A stretch of DNA of 64,000 nt from the IMG/VR virus record IMGVR_UViG_3300027747_004417, one strand, 5' to 3'. A program made the position numbers and the translations under genes. The notes beneath the pieces are model-generated. The model did not search any database and was not told the origin of the DNA. It saw nothing but the letters and a program-made list of their open reading frames with translations. This document shows, piece after piece, positions 1 through 9,299 of this stretch. Numbering within the stretch: the first letter of the stretch is position 1; every line of letters starts with the position of its first letter. Source of the DNA: a virus.

Positions 1-1583
1 CCTCTCACTCTTTCTTGGAACAAAAAGTATTTTCATTGAACCCACAAGCTCTACCTTCTACTGGAATATTTGAAAAAGGAAAGCACGACAGTTATTCTGA
101 AGCTAAAGCTGAGGTACTAATTAACAAGATTGTTTTCGGTGATAATGGTTATATTCAAGATTCCTCGGATAGACCCTTCGTTAAAGGCCAGTGTTATAAC
201 CTTTTGTCTAAAGCTAAGAATTTTGCAGTTAACCCAAATGATTCCACACTTGAATCAATGCTTATGTCAATTCTCAAAAAGTATAAAATAGAGACGAGAA
301 ATAGCAGATCAAGCAACGGAGGCAGTATTGATTATAAGGCTCAAATAATTTCTATCTGTACTCAGGTTCTTAAAGATACACTACCAAAGTCTAGATCTGA
401 CGGTTTGAGCTCTGTAAGAGACCACGATGACACACTATGGTGGACTGCAATACACGCAGATCAACTTAAATGGCCAGCTTATGATGTTGTGCTTGCAGAT
501 GAGGTTCAAGATTTTAATGTGTGTCAACAAATAATGCTTAAAAAGCTTGAGGAGGCAGGGGCTAGAATAGTTGCTGTCGGTGATGAGAACCAAGCTATCT
601 ACGCTTTTAGAGGTGCCGATGCCGGATCTTTCTCAGCTTTAGGAAAGATACTGGGGGGCACTAGAAGAGGTGTAGAGTCTAGGAACCTTCCTGTAAACTT
701 TAGAAGTGCCCCGGTAATTATAGATTACGTTAATAAAAACACTATTGTTGGTAACCTAGAGGCCGGTAAGAGCCATGAAGGATTCGTTGAAGAGAATCAA
801 ACGGAGGGTGAGGCTCACAGAATGATAGGCCAAGAATGGGGAGATAAGAAAGAACTAGATCAGGAAACTGCTTTTCTTTCCAGGACAAACAATGCATTAG
901 CTCCTATAGCTCTTGAAATGCTAATACAAGACATTCCTGTAACTATAGTTGGAAGAAATTTATCAGAAGAGTTTACTGACTTTTTGACTTTGGCTTTATG
1001 GTTTGACAAAGAACCAGATCTAAAATATCAAAAAGGCGCTTTTAGGGATATAAAGAGGAAGGGCATCCGGCCCTTTTATAGCACTAGTATAAAGCACGTT
1101 CCTGAGGCTTTAATGGACTTTTATTACTGGCGTACTGAGAGTCCTAAAATGAGTGAAAAAGTTAGGAAGGAAATTGAAAGAACTGCTACCAATCTTTCTC
1201 AGCTCATAGAGATCTTGATAGATAAAAACCTAGTCAATACAGTCGAAGACTTCATAAAGTATTTAAAGGTTAAGCTTAGGGGACTGGATCTTGGCACAGA
1301 CGGTGGCGGAGGCAACGACAAAGATATTGAAATCTACGAAGAAAGAAAGAACAATCCTAAAAAGCACGTTATACTTTCAACCATACACAAGTCTAAAGGA
1401 CTTGAGTTTGAACGTGTTTTCGTTCTTGAAAACGATAGACTTCCTAGTCACGAAACGTCTAGAAAGAGAAGGGAATCTAAACAGGGCATAGATCAAGAAG
1501 ACGCCCAAGAAGAGAACCTTAAGTACGTTGCATATACTAGAGCAAAGAACCAACTTCATTTGATCAATAACGGAAACCGATAG
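1..1583 (+). CDS. UvrD/Rep (SF1) DNA helicase, 5'-truncated by window edge
   Basis: SF1 motifs LADEVQD, VGDENQAIYAFRGA, NFRS, STIHKSKGLEF, YVAYTRAK. Frame is open upstream of the TTG at 15; Walker A is missing, so the N-terminus lies outside the window. Confidence 0.9.
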   Translation, partial: SHSFLEQKVFSLNPQALPSTGIFEKGKHDSYSEAKAEVLINKIVFGDNGYIQDSSDRPFVKGQCYNLLSKAKNFAVNPNDSTLESMLMSILKKYKIETRNSRSSNGGSIDYKAQIISICTQVLKDTLPKSRSDGLSSVRDHDDTLWWTAIHADQLKWPAYDVVLADEVQDFNVCQQIMLKKLEEAGARIVAVGDENQAIYAFRGADAGSFSALGKILGGTRRGVESRNLPVNFRSAPVIIDYVNKNTIVGNLEAGKSHEGFVEENQTEGEAHRMIGQEWGDKKELDQETAFLSRTNNALAPIALEMLIQDIPVTIVGRNLSEEFTDFLTLALWFDKEPDLKYQKGAFRDIKRKGIRPFYSTSIKHVPEALMDFYYWRTESPKMSEKVRKEIERTATNLSQLIEILIDKNLVNTVEDFIKYLKVKLRGLDLGTDGGGGNDKDIEIYEERKNNPKKHVILSTIHKSKGLEFERVFVLENDRLPSHETSRKRRESKQGIDQEDAQEENLKYVAYTRAKNQLHLINNGNR

Positions 1584-1621
1584 CAAAAATCATATATACA
1601 TTAGACAAAAGGAGGTGTCTA

Positions 1622-2071
1622 GTGAATGTTCCAAATATAAGCAAAGAAGTTTTTTCTAAGCTTGAAAGCTATCTAAGTCTTTTAAAGTTCAAATGGGATT
1701 CTATTCATCCCAAAGAGTATAAACTAAACAAGTCAAGAATTGTAGACTGTGTAGTATTTATACTGTCTGCTTTAGACAATCTAATTCTCTTCGTGCAGGA
1801 CAACATACCCAAGGGATCTGACAAAAAAATGGCTGTAATGGCTGTTGTCACTGATCTTTTTAGCTATATATTAGTTAATAACGCCCCCATATGGCTTAAA
1901 CCGTTTATCCCTTTGATTAAGGAAATAGTGGTTAATCTAATCATAAGCCAGCTAGTAGAATTCATAGTCAGCAAATACAAAGAAGGTGTTTGGTGCGAAA
2001 ACAATGTTTCTGTAAATTCTCCTGACTCTCCACAGAAGTCAATGATTTACAAATCTAGAAAGGACTTTTAA
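1622..2071 (+). CDS. hypothetical protein
   Basis: 149-aa ORF, GTG start preceded by GGAGGTG RBS (1611-1617); stop overlaps next ATG. Confidence 0.75.
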   Translation: MNVPNISKEVFSKLESYLSLLKFKWDSIHPKEYKLNKSRIVDCVVFILSALDNLILFVQDNIPKGSDKKMAVMAVVTDLFSYILVNNAPIWLKPFIPLIKEIVVNLIISQLVEFIVSKYKEGVWCENNVSVNSPDSPQKSMIYKSRKDF

Positions 2072-2988
2072 TGGAAAAGATAAGTTTACTTCCATACACT
2101 AGAGAAGAAGTACTAAGCATTCAAGAGGCCAAACAAAAGATGGGCTGGGAGATTACATCTTTTAATCTTCCCGAAACTTGGAAGTCCACCCAAGGTGAAG
2201 GCGTTACAGTTGCCGTCTTAGACACAGGAGCAGATTTAGATCATGAAGACTTAGTTTGCAACTTGCTTGAAGGAAAGAACTTTGTTGATAGAAGGTCTCC
2301 TCCTGATGATGATCAAGGACACGGCAGTCATGTTACAGGCACGATATGTGCTTGTAATAACGAATCTGGTGTTGTTGGCGTTGCCCCTAAGACAAAAGTT
2401 ATACCTGTAAAAGTTTTAGACAAACATGGAGCAGGGCAGCTTGAAGACGTAGCCGATGGTATATGTTGGGCAGCCGATCAAGGCGTTGACTTTATAACAA
2501 TGTCTCTTGGTTGTGCCAATCCGGTTAGCATTGTTCATAAAGCAATAAAATATGCACATTCAAAAAAAGTTGTGGTTTGGTGTGCAGCTGGAAATGCTGG
2601 TAAAACCCACAATATATTTTATCCTGCTGCTTACCCTGAGACTATTGGAATTGGTGCCATAGACAAGAATTTTAATAGAGCGGGTTTTAGTTGCACTGGC
2701 CCAGACCTAGATTTTCTGGCACCAGGCGTCGGCATTCTAAGCACAGTGCCAGATAATTGGTATGCCGTACTTTCTGGTACTAGCATGGCAAATCCATTTG
2801 CTGTCGGTTTAGGATGCTTATTATTGTCTTATAAAAGAAATAAAGGACTGGATATAAAACTTGACAATAACTTAGATTATATAAATTTCTTGAAGCAGTA
2901 TACGATATTTAAAGGAAACAATTTTTTTGAAGGTTTTGGAATAATAGATCCAAGAAAGATGCAAGATTGGCTTAATTCGAATCCCTAA
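2071..2988 (+). CDS. subtilisin-like serine protease (S8)
   Basis: Catalytic triad motifs VAVLDTG, HGSHVTG, SGTSMANP; oxyanion AAGN. Confidence 0.95.
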   Translation: MEKISLLPYTREEVLSIQEAKQKMGWEITSFNLPETWKSTQGEGVTVAVLDTGADLDHEDLVCNLLEGKNFVDRRSPPDDDQGHGSHVTGTICACNNESGVVGVAPKTKVIPVKVLDKHGAGQLEDVADGICWAADQGVDFITMSLGCANPVSIVHKAIKYAHSKKVVVWCAAGNAGKTHNIFYPAAYPETIGIGAIDKNFNRAGFSCTGPDLDFLAPGVGILSTVPDNWYAVLSGTSMANPFAVGLGCLLLSYKRNKGLDIKLDNNLDYINFLKQYTIFKGNNFFEGFGIIDPRKMQDWLNSNP

Positions 2989-3343
2989 TAATTTTAATTT
3001 GTTTTTTGAGCATGGCCGCTGCTTCATAATCTTCTATTTTTATTGCAGCGGCCATTTTACTTTCTAATATCTTAATTTTTTGTTCTGCAGTTATAGCTTT
3101 ATCATCAAAGTTTTCTTCTAAACATTTTGGGCAATCATCTATCAACCCTTTATTTTCTAGAAATAAATCCATCAAGTCTTTTATACTTTCTGGTATAGAC
3201 TCCATTATGTTAACAGATTCTAGGTACTTTGAAGCACATTCTTGGCAAATTTTTGTTTGTTTTATTTTGCCTTTTTTAAGCTCAATAATTGTTATCATTT
3301 CAAGCTCATTACAATCTTTTTTATGAAACGGACAAAACTCCAT
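2972..3343 (-). CDS. McsA-like protein with CxxC motifs and C-terminal UvrB/UvrC (UVR) motif
   Basis: CPFHKKDC, ICQECA, CPKC and KMAAAIKIEDYEAAAMLKKQIK (UVR coiled-coil signature). Confidence 0.75.
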   Translation of the reverse strand: MEFCPFHKKDCNELEMITIIELKKGKIKQTKICQECASKYLESVNIMESIPESIKDLMDLFLENKGLIDDCPKCLEENFDDKAITAEQKIKILESKMAAAIKIEDYEAAAMLKKQIKIIRDSN

Positions 3344-3351
3344 CTATTCTC

Positions 3352-4209
3352 CTATGTAGGCGGTAAAGCTTTTCCTTCTACCCTTATGTTTATCCCATCA
3401 TTTTCTAGTCCCTTGGCGTCGATTGGAACCGTTCTTTTAATCCACACAGGGATAACGTCGCCTGGTCTTATTTCTCCTATGCCGTATGCTCCATCTCTAC
3501 TCTCGTAAGGTAAAAACCCAACCCCATAAGGAGGCGTTGTTGCCCGTTCTATCTCAGCAGCCACAGAGTTCACAGGACCACCAGAAACGCTTCTTCCTAT
3601 AGATATGTTCCCATCACCTGGAGCTGGTGATTCAATAGTTAGGCTGTTTGTTCCTTCTTGTAGAATTTCATGATATCGATTTCCGGATGATCCTTGAAAG
3701 TTTATTTCAAATATTATTGTGTCTCCTGATAAAGAAGCTGTGACTGTAACATCTTTTAATCTTGGTAGTGCCCTCATTGCACTTTGTAGGTTTCCGGCCC
3801 AAACAGATGCTGACGAGTTCCAAATTGCCGCAATTTCTGTTGCACTCTCGTAATCAGTGTAGATTACAGAGAAGCTTCCTCTTTTTATTTTACTAAAACT
3901 TGTTATCGTTATAGTTTGTCTTTCATTTATCTCTATAAATCCTAGTTCTACCGTTATGTCGCTATCTGCCCTGTACTCTGTAAACAAAATTGACTCATAC
4001 AAGGTAGCTTCAAAGCTATTGTTGTTTACATAAATACATTTGTAATCTTCCAATCCTACTGTAGACTGTTCCACACTTATATCAGTAAACAGTCTATTTG
4101 CTATAATAGGGTGTGTAGATGGTTCTCCTCCCAAAGAGAGGTCAGAAGAATTATTTTCTGGACCACCGGATAAGGTTATACTTATATCGCCTTCACTTAT
4201 GTAAGCCAT
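3352..4209 (-). CDS. hypothetical protein, probably virion structural
   Basis: 285-aa ORF rich in beta-type and Ser/Thr/Gly residues; N-terminal LSGG..N...SLGG motif recalled from phage structural genes. Confidence 0.55.
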   Translation of the reverse strand: MAYISEGDISITLSGGPENNSSDLSLGGEPSTHPIIANRLFTDISVEQSTVGLEDYKCIYVNNNSFEATLYESILFTEYRADSDITVELGFIEINERQTITITSFSKIKRGSFSVIYTDYESATEIAAIWNSSASVWAGNLQSAMRALPRLKDVTVTASLSGDTIIFEINFQGSSGNRYHEILQEGTNSLTIESPAPGDGNISIGRSVSGGPVNSVAAEIERATTPPYGVGFLPYESRDGAYGIGEIRPGDVIPVWIKRTVPIDAKGLENDGINIRVEGKALPPT

Positions 4210-4499
4210 TGTTTACCTTTTAAAATGTATCTTATGTTTCTTGTAGAGTAACCTGTGAACTCTGCAATCTCTTTTATGCCCCATCCTAATTTAGCTAAGC
4301 TTTCAACTTTTTTATGACTTGTTTTTAATCTATTTGGCTCAACGTCATTTAATCTCAATATTCGATATATTTCTCCTATTGATTTGTTTGAAGCCTTGGC
4401 TATTTCGTTTATAGACATTTTAGGGTTTTGAAGATACATTCCGACTATTATTTTATTGTCTTTTTCTTGACCGTTTAAAAAATCATAAAAGTCTTCCAT
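4197..4499 (-). CDS. helix-turn-helix DNA-binding protein (two HTH units)
   Basis: MSINEIAKASNKSIGEIYRIL and WGIKEIAEFTGYSTRNIRYIL. Confidence 0.8.
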   Translation of the reverse strand: MEDFYDFLNGQEKDNKIIVGMYLQNPKMSINEIAKASNKSIGEIYRILRLNDVEPNRLKTSHKKVESLAKLGWGIKEIAEFTGYSTRNIRYILKGKQWLT

Positions 4500-4570
4500 G
4501 ATTTATTTATTGCCCTTGCTTTGATTTATATTTTTATTTAGAATGTATAGAGACATTTATAGGGCATAAT

Positions 4571-5347
4571 ATGTCATTGCATGAAAAAAGCATAAAATGG
4601 AAGGTGGCTCCTCCAAAACAGAGGATCATACAAATTTATGTTAAAGGTATAGAGTATGCCCTTGTTTCAGATGATAATTCGCAGTGTCACGATTTTGTTT
4701 GGTGTAAGGATTTTTTACATGATGTTGTTTATTCTTCAATTAACAAGAAGCCTTTTGAGATCTATCATTTTAGATATAATCCTTACCTTGACCCAAATCC
4801 ATGCTTAGATAAGATTAAGCTGCTTATTACGAATCCAAAAGATAAACACTTTGAAGCCAGACTCGTTGATTGTCTTGACTTCCTGAACCAGATTGAAGCT
4901 AAATTAAAAATTAAAAAGTCCATAATTAGAAAGTGTAAATCCCCTCCACAAGGGTATGAATCGGGGGTTTTTATCCTAGAAGGCAGCAAAAGATGGCTTT
5001 GTTCTCCTCCTATGATTTCTCTTTATTCGCTTTTAATAAGAATGGGGTTTTTGCACTCGATGCCAGAAAGCTTCTTTCACACCATACAAAAGATAAGGCT
5101 TGGTGCCTTAAAACCATACCAAAAGTTTGACAAAAAATGGTTGTCTGAGGCACAGACAGCCTTAGATTTAATTTTTAAATTAGGTGATAAAAAGATATTT
5201 TCAAACGATATAAATAAGAATTATCCAAAGAACTTATCGATAGATGTTGTACATAACCGTTTAGGCATTATGGGCTTTGCAAACGACATAGTTAGCAAAA
5301 ACTATAATGGCCCTGTTTTGGTTCCTCACTGGCACAACTACAAATAA
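4571..5347 (+). CDS. hypothetical protein
   Basis: 258-aa ORF, same orientation and adjacent to the ligase gene. Confidence 0.7.
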   Translation: MSLHEKSIKWKVAPPKQRIIQIYVKGIEYALVSDDNSQCHDFVWCKDFLHDVVYSSINKKPFEIYHFRYNPYLDPNPCLDKIKLLITNPKDKHFEARLVDCLDFLNQIEAKLKIKKSIIRKCKSPPQGYESGVFILEGSKRWLCSPPMISLYSLLIRMGFLHSMPESFFHTIQKIRLGALKPYQKFDKKWLSEAQTALDLIFKLGDKKIFSNDINKNYPKNLSIDVVHNRLGIMGFANDIVSKNYNGPVLVPHWHNYK

Positions 5348-5357
5348 GGAGTATGTT

Positions 5358-6311
5358 ATGAGCTTATCTTTTGGCACCGACCCAGAGTTTATGATTGTTG
5401 ACGAGAAGAAGAACCTAAAGAGTGCCATAAACTTACTGCCCAAAAAGGCTAATGCAAAACCTTATTACGGTAGTTCAATGTACTATGACAACGTTCTAGC
5501 AGAGATAGCAATAAAACCATCCTTAACAAAAGATGAGTTTTTAAAGAACATTAAAGTTTCATTGAATAGACTAGCAAAGATAATTCACCCTTTAAAGTTT
5601 GAAATTTGTGCCGCAGACTCTTACCCGAATAAAGAGCTACTTCATCAAGACGCAAGAATCGTGGGCTGCAATCCCGAGTGGAATGTGTACTCGCTTCAAT
5701 GCATCATGCCACCAGAAGACGTTATTGTAAAAACAAATTTTAGAACTGCTGGTGGTCATATTCATGTTGGTTCCAAGAACCTCCAAGATCCGATTAGTGT
5801 TTTTAGCTTTATAAGAATGATGGACCTTTTTCTGGCTGTTCCTTGCTTGTTTCTCGACAAAGATCCAACTTCAAAGGAAAGAAGAAGAATTTACGGTCAC
5901 GCGGGTTCACATAGACTTACCGATTATGGTCTAGAATACAGGTCTCTAAGTAACTTTTGGCTCTGCTCACCAGAATACGCTGGACTCATTTATGACCTCA
6001 CCATGTTTGTTTATTCATTTGTTAATTTAGGTGAGCACGAGAAGTTTTGGTCTGTTGATGAGACTCTTTTAGATGGAGATGATCCAACAATGGCCTACGA
6101 CTGCTTTGGTTACGATAGCCTATTACTAGAGAAGGCAATTAATGAGTGTGACTTAAACTTAGGAAAGAAGTTCATGACTTTTATAAGTCATTATCTTCCT
6201 GATGATATTCTTGCTTCGATAGAAAGCAAATCGAATTGCACCAAGCTTCCCGACCCTTATGCTTCTTGGGGCATTAGTAGTTTTCTACCCAAGAAAACCA
6301 GGTCCAAGTAG
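5358..6311 (+). CDS. phiEco32-like COOH-NH2 ligase type 2
   Basis: FGTDPEF, DNVLAEI, GCNPEWNVY, RTAGGHIHVG, GLEYRSLSNFW. Start moved to ATG 5358 after AAGGAG RBS. Confidence 0.85.
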   Translation: MSLSFGTDPEFMIVDEKKNLKSAINLLPKKANAKPYYGSSMYYDNVLAEIAIKPSLTKDEFLKNIKVSLNRLAKIIHPLKFEICAADSYPNKELLHQDARIVGCNPEWNVYSLQCIMPPEDVIVKTNFRTAGGHIHVGSKNLQDPISVFSFIRMMDLFLAVPCLFLDKDPTSKERRRIYGHAGSHRLTDYGLEYRSLSNFWLCSPEYAGLIYDLTMFVYSFVNLGEHEKFWSVDETLLDGDDPTMAYDCFGYDSLLLEKAINECDLNLGKKFMTFISHYLPDDILASIESKSNCTKLPDPYASWGISSFLPKKTRSK

Positions 6312-7004
6312 CTTTCTTAGCATCCTTCTTTCTTCCTTAACGTCTATTTCTTCGTGCTTTTTCCGGCAGGAAATGCATTTCCATTTTAACCCGTGTCTAG
6401 AAAAAACCTTTACTTCCAAGGCTAGTCTGGTACGGTGTACGCAAAAAGACTGTGCACAATCTGCACAGGTCGTGCTTATCTTGTCCTTACTTTTTATTTC
6501 AATCTTTTTTTGCTGGAAGTAAAGTGCTTTAATTCCATTGGGACAAGGTGGCGGCGGCCAAACATCATTGATAAACCTATATTTGACACCTTTCTCTTTG
6601 TGGTTTGAAGGGGGAGCCATAGTGAATGTTCTGTTTCCGAACACCTCTATTTTTTGTCCCTTTTTTCCATAAAGGTTTACTTTAGTTATCTGTTTGTAAG
6701 GAGTTAAAAATATATTGTGATAAGACCTATGGCTTTTATAGATGGGTCTTTCTATGTCTCCAATAAGCCTGTTAAGGAATTTATTGGACTCTTCGCTGTC
6801 GGTTTCTACATCTATCATCCCATTGTTCCAAAGTAATCCTATTTCGTAATGTTCATCACTTAAAAAATATTTTCTCCAATGTTTTGCACACCAATTCTTG
6901 TTCCATCCTTTTTCTACTGGCTGCTTTGTGCCCGGTAGCACCGCTATGGGCATCAGCTTTTTGCATACATAATGGTCAAAAAACTCTAGGTATTCATGGT
7001 TCAT
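6285..7004 (-). CDS. bifunctional primase-polymerase N-terminal (Prim-Pol)-like protein with C-terminal Zn finger
   Basis: PIAVLPGTKQPVEKGW, IGLL...IDVETD, SHRSYHNIF, TMAPPSNH; CADC...CISC at C-terminus. Confidence 0.7.
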   Translation of the reverse strand: MNHEYLEFFDHYVCKKLMPIAVLPGTKQPVEKGWNKNWCAKHWRKYFLSDEHYEIGLLWNNGMIDVETDSEESNKFLNRLIGDIERPIYKSHRSYHNIFLTPYKQITKVNLYGKKGQKIEVFGNRTFTMAPPSNHKEKGVKYRFINDVWPPPPCPNGIKALYFQQKKIEIKSKDKISTTCADCAQSFCVHRTRLALEVKVFSRHGLKWKCISCRKKHEEIDVKEERRMLRKLLGPGFLG

Positions 7005-7177
7005 GAATGCAGAGACTCCCTAATGTAGGATTTCAAAGCGTCTACTATTTCATATAGTTCTAACGATAAAACAGTTTTATCATTTTTATGTGCCCACTCT
7101 ACGACTTTTAAAATATTTTTTTCTTTTGATTTTGTAAGCCAAAAGTTTTTCATATTTGCTAACTCGGTGTCTTCCAT
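7001..7177 (-). CDS. small hypothetical protein (58 aa, not in ORF track)
   Basis: Hand-translated MEDTELANMKNFWLTK...YIRESLHS*; its TGA overlaps the Prim-Pol ATG (ATGA coupling). Confidence 0.55.
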   Translation of the reverse strand: MEDTELANMKNFWLTKSKEKNILKVVEWAHKNDKTVLSLELYEIVDALKSYIRESLHS

Positions 7178-7201
7178 TTATAATACTCCTAGAGGTGACA
7201 T

Positions 7202-8098
7202 ATGAGCAAAAAAGTTTTCGTGACGGGGGCCACAGGATTCATTGGACATCACTTGTGCAACAAGTTGTATGAGGAGGGTTATAGAGTATTTGCCTCAGGA
7301 AGAAAAGACGAGAACAAGATAAAATGTCATGAATTTCATACATGCAGTTTAAGAAACATTCCTTGGGATGACCTGCCTAAGATCGATATTTGCTTTCATT
7401 TAGCTGCTAATAACGATGTAAGGAGCAAAAAGGAGTTCGATATTATGGACATTAATTATCATACCTCGATTAACGTGTTTAAGAACTTGTCTGAAAGAGG
7501 ATGTTCAAGGTTTGTATACTCTTCCTGCTGCTTCGTCTATGGTGATCAACCTGGTTCTTTAAATGAGGATGCCACTCCTTTAAACGGCTCAGGTTATTAT
7601 TCTAAATCAAAAATATCATTTGAGAAATTTGTCAAAGATTTTTCTTTTAGAACAAAGTCCGTTTGCGTAGGCCTCAGATACGCTAGTGTTTATGGCACTC
7701 ATGAGCTACACAAGAAATCCTTCGCCAGTGCAATTAGTCAAATTGTACAGAAGATTCAAAAAAATGAAAGGCCTAAAATCTTTGGAGACAGCAACCAGGA
7801 AAAAGATTGGGTCTACATCAATGACGTTATAGATGCCAATATTTTGGCTTCAAAGTATGATTACACTGATATATTCAATATAGCTTCTGGTAACAAGGTA
7901 AGCTTGAATAAAGTTGTTTCTATAGTGAATAAAAGATTCAATAAGAATATTATTCCTGAATATCTAGATAATAAATTCAATGAACCCACCCAAAATAGTT
8001 CTTCCATAAGTATGGAAAAATCTCGGAGTAAATTGAGGTATTCCCCTAATTATACTGTTGAAGATGGAGTTCAAGATATGAAAATGAAGCTTACTTAG
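7202..8098 (+). CDS. NAD-dependent epimerase/dehydratase (extended SDR)
   Basis: VFVTGATGFIG, FHLAA, YSKSK (YxxxK), LRYASVYG, KDWVYINDV. Confidence 0.92.
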   Translation: MSKKVFVTGATGFIGHHLCNKLYEEGYRVFASGRKDENKIKCHEFHTCSLRNIPWDDLPKIDICFHLAANNDVRSKKEFDIMDINYHTSINVFKNLSERGCSRFVYSSCCFVYGDQPGSLNEDATPLNGSGYYSKSKISFEKFVKDFSFRTKSVCVGLRYASVYGTHELHKKSFASAISQIVQKIQKNERPKIFGDSNQEKDWVYINDVIDANILASKYDYTDIFNIASGNKVSLNKVVSIVNKRFNKNIIPEYLDNKFNEPTQNSSSISMEKSRSKLRYSPNYTVEDGVQDMKMKLT

Positions 8099-9255
8099 TT
8101 CTTGTCTGTTAGCTTCTTTCTTTTTCCTACCTTGGCGGCTTTTCTTTCTGCGTTTAAAGGTTTACCAACTGAGTCCATGTCGTAGTGGCTGCTTGAAAAG
8201 CTGCCCTTATCCTTAAGCTGTTCACCGGTTGGTACCTTTTTCATTACTACCACAACCCATCCTTTGTCCCTCTTTACAGCTTTGCCTCCATGATCTTCTG
8301 TTGCTGCGTTAGCTTGTGCTAAGTCTGAAAAGACTCTTTCTTTGCCGTCCTTACCCTTTAGAACATACTTATCGCCATCATCACGCCAGTTTTGTGGTTT
8401 GAACCACGCAGCCTCTTTTAGGTCCATCCCGAAGCTAGTTGCTATCTTTCCTGATGGAGCGAATCCTACTTCGCCTGGGGCTGGCTCTCTAACTGCTACA
8501 GTAAGATTGTCTACATCTACTGGAGTAAAATGTTGGCTTTGAAAAATTCCTCCAAATCCGTCATCAAATTTTTGTGCTGGATCGGAGATCATGCCATTTA
8601 CAGAGTTCCACCATTCGGTTTCTTCTTTTTTCATCTTCTTCTTTTTTCTAAGCATTTCGAAATCTTCAGCGTCTAGCTTGCCGTTTTTGTTTAAGTCTAG
8701 CTTTTTTTGTGCACCTTTAAGCATTTTCTTTTTTGATTTCTTGCTGAACTTCATTTCTGCTTCTGCTTCGGCGTCGTTTTCGTCTTCTTCGGTGTCTTCT
8801 TCTGAGTCATCCTCGTCAGCTTCTTCTTCTTCTTCTTCTTCTTCTTCTTCTGAATCGTCGCCTTCTTCATCAGCGTCTTCTTCTGTTTCTTCTTCTGAAT
8901 CGTCACCTTCTTCTTCTTCTTCTTCCTCTTCAGAATCTTCTTCTGTCTCTTCTTCGTCTTCGTAGTTGTCGTCCTCATCTGACCACATCTTTTTCTTGGA
9001 CATCTTGCCACACATTTTGCCGCAATTTTTACCGCACATTTTGCCGCAAGTCTTTTTGCCGTCTTTATCTTCTTCTTTTACTTCTACCTCAACCTTTGGA
9101 TGCTTTTTTCCTTTTTTTGCTTCCGCTAGTTCGTTTTCTTCTATATCGAATCCGTTTTGCATTACCATTCCAATTTTAGAAGGATTTGCGAGTCCTAGAT
9201 TGAAGCTAGGAAGTATTGATTCATTGAGGTTTTTCCATTGTTTATAAGACAGCAT
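8095..9255 (-). CDS. acidic low-complexity protein, probable internal head protein
   Basis: CTS-like start MLSYKQWKNLNE, CGKM repeats, poly-D/E tract, EF-hand-like DLNKNGKLDAEDF; AGGAG RBS upstream. Confidence 0.6.
   Translation of the reverse strand: MLSYKQWKNLNESILPSFNLGLANPSKIGMVMQNGFDIEENELAEAKKGKKHPKVEVEVKEEDKDGKKTCGKMCGKNCGKMCGKMSKKKMWSDEDDNYEDEEETEEDSEEEEEEEEGDDSEEETEEDADEEGDDSEEEEEEEEEEADEDDSEEDTEEDENDAEAEAEMKFSKKSKKKMLKGAQKKLDLNKNGKLDAEDFEMLRKKKKMKKEETEWWNSVNGMISDPAQKFDDGFGGIFQSQHFTPVDVDNLTVAVREPAPGEVGFAPSGKIATSFGMDLKEAAWFKPQNWRDDGDKYVLKGKDGKERVFSDLAQANAATEDHGGKAVKRDKGWVVVVMKKVPTGEQLKDKGSFSSSHYDMDSVGKPLNAERKAAKVGKRKKLTDKN
9004..9050 (-). repeat. four tandem 12-nt units encoding CGK(M/N)
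   Basis: Protein reads TCGKMCGKNCGKMCGKMSKK. Confidence 0.85.
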
Positions 9256-9299
9256 TTTATCTTCTCCTAAGAGTTAACCGTTTAAACTATATATTTAGT

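Noticed and set aside
8591-9247. Ser-rich and Lys-rich overlapping ORFs
   Set aside because: Antisense or alternate-frame artefacts of the poly-Glu tract in 8095..9255
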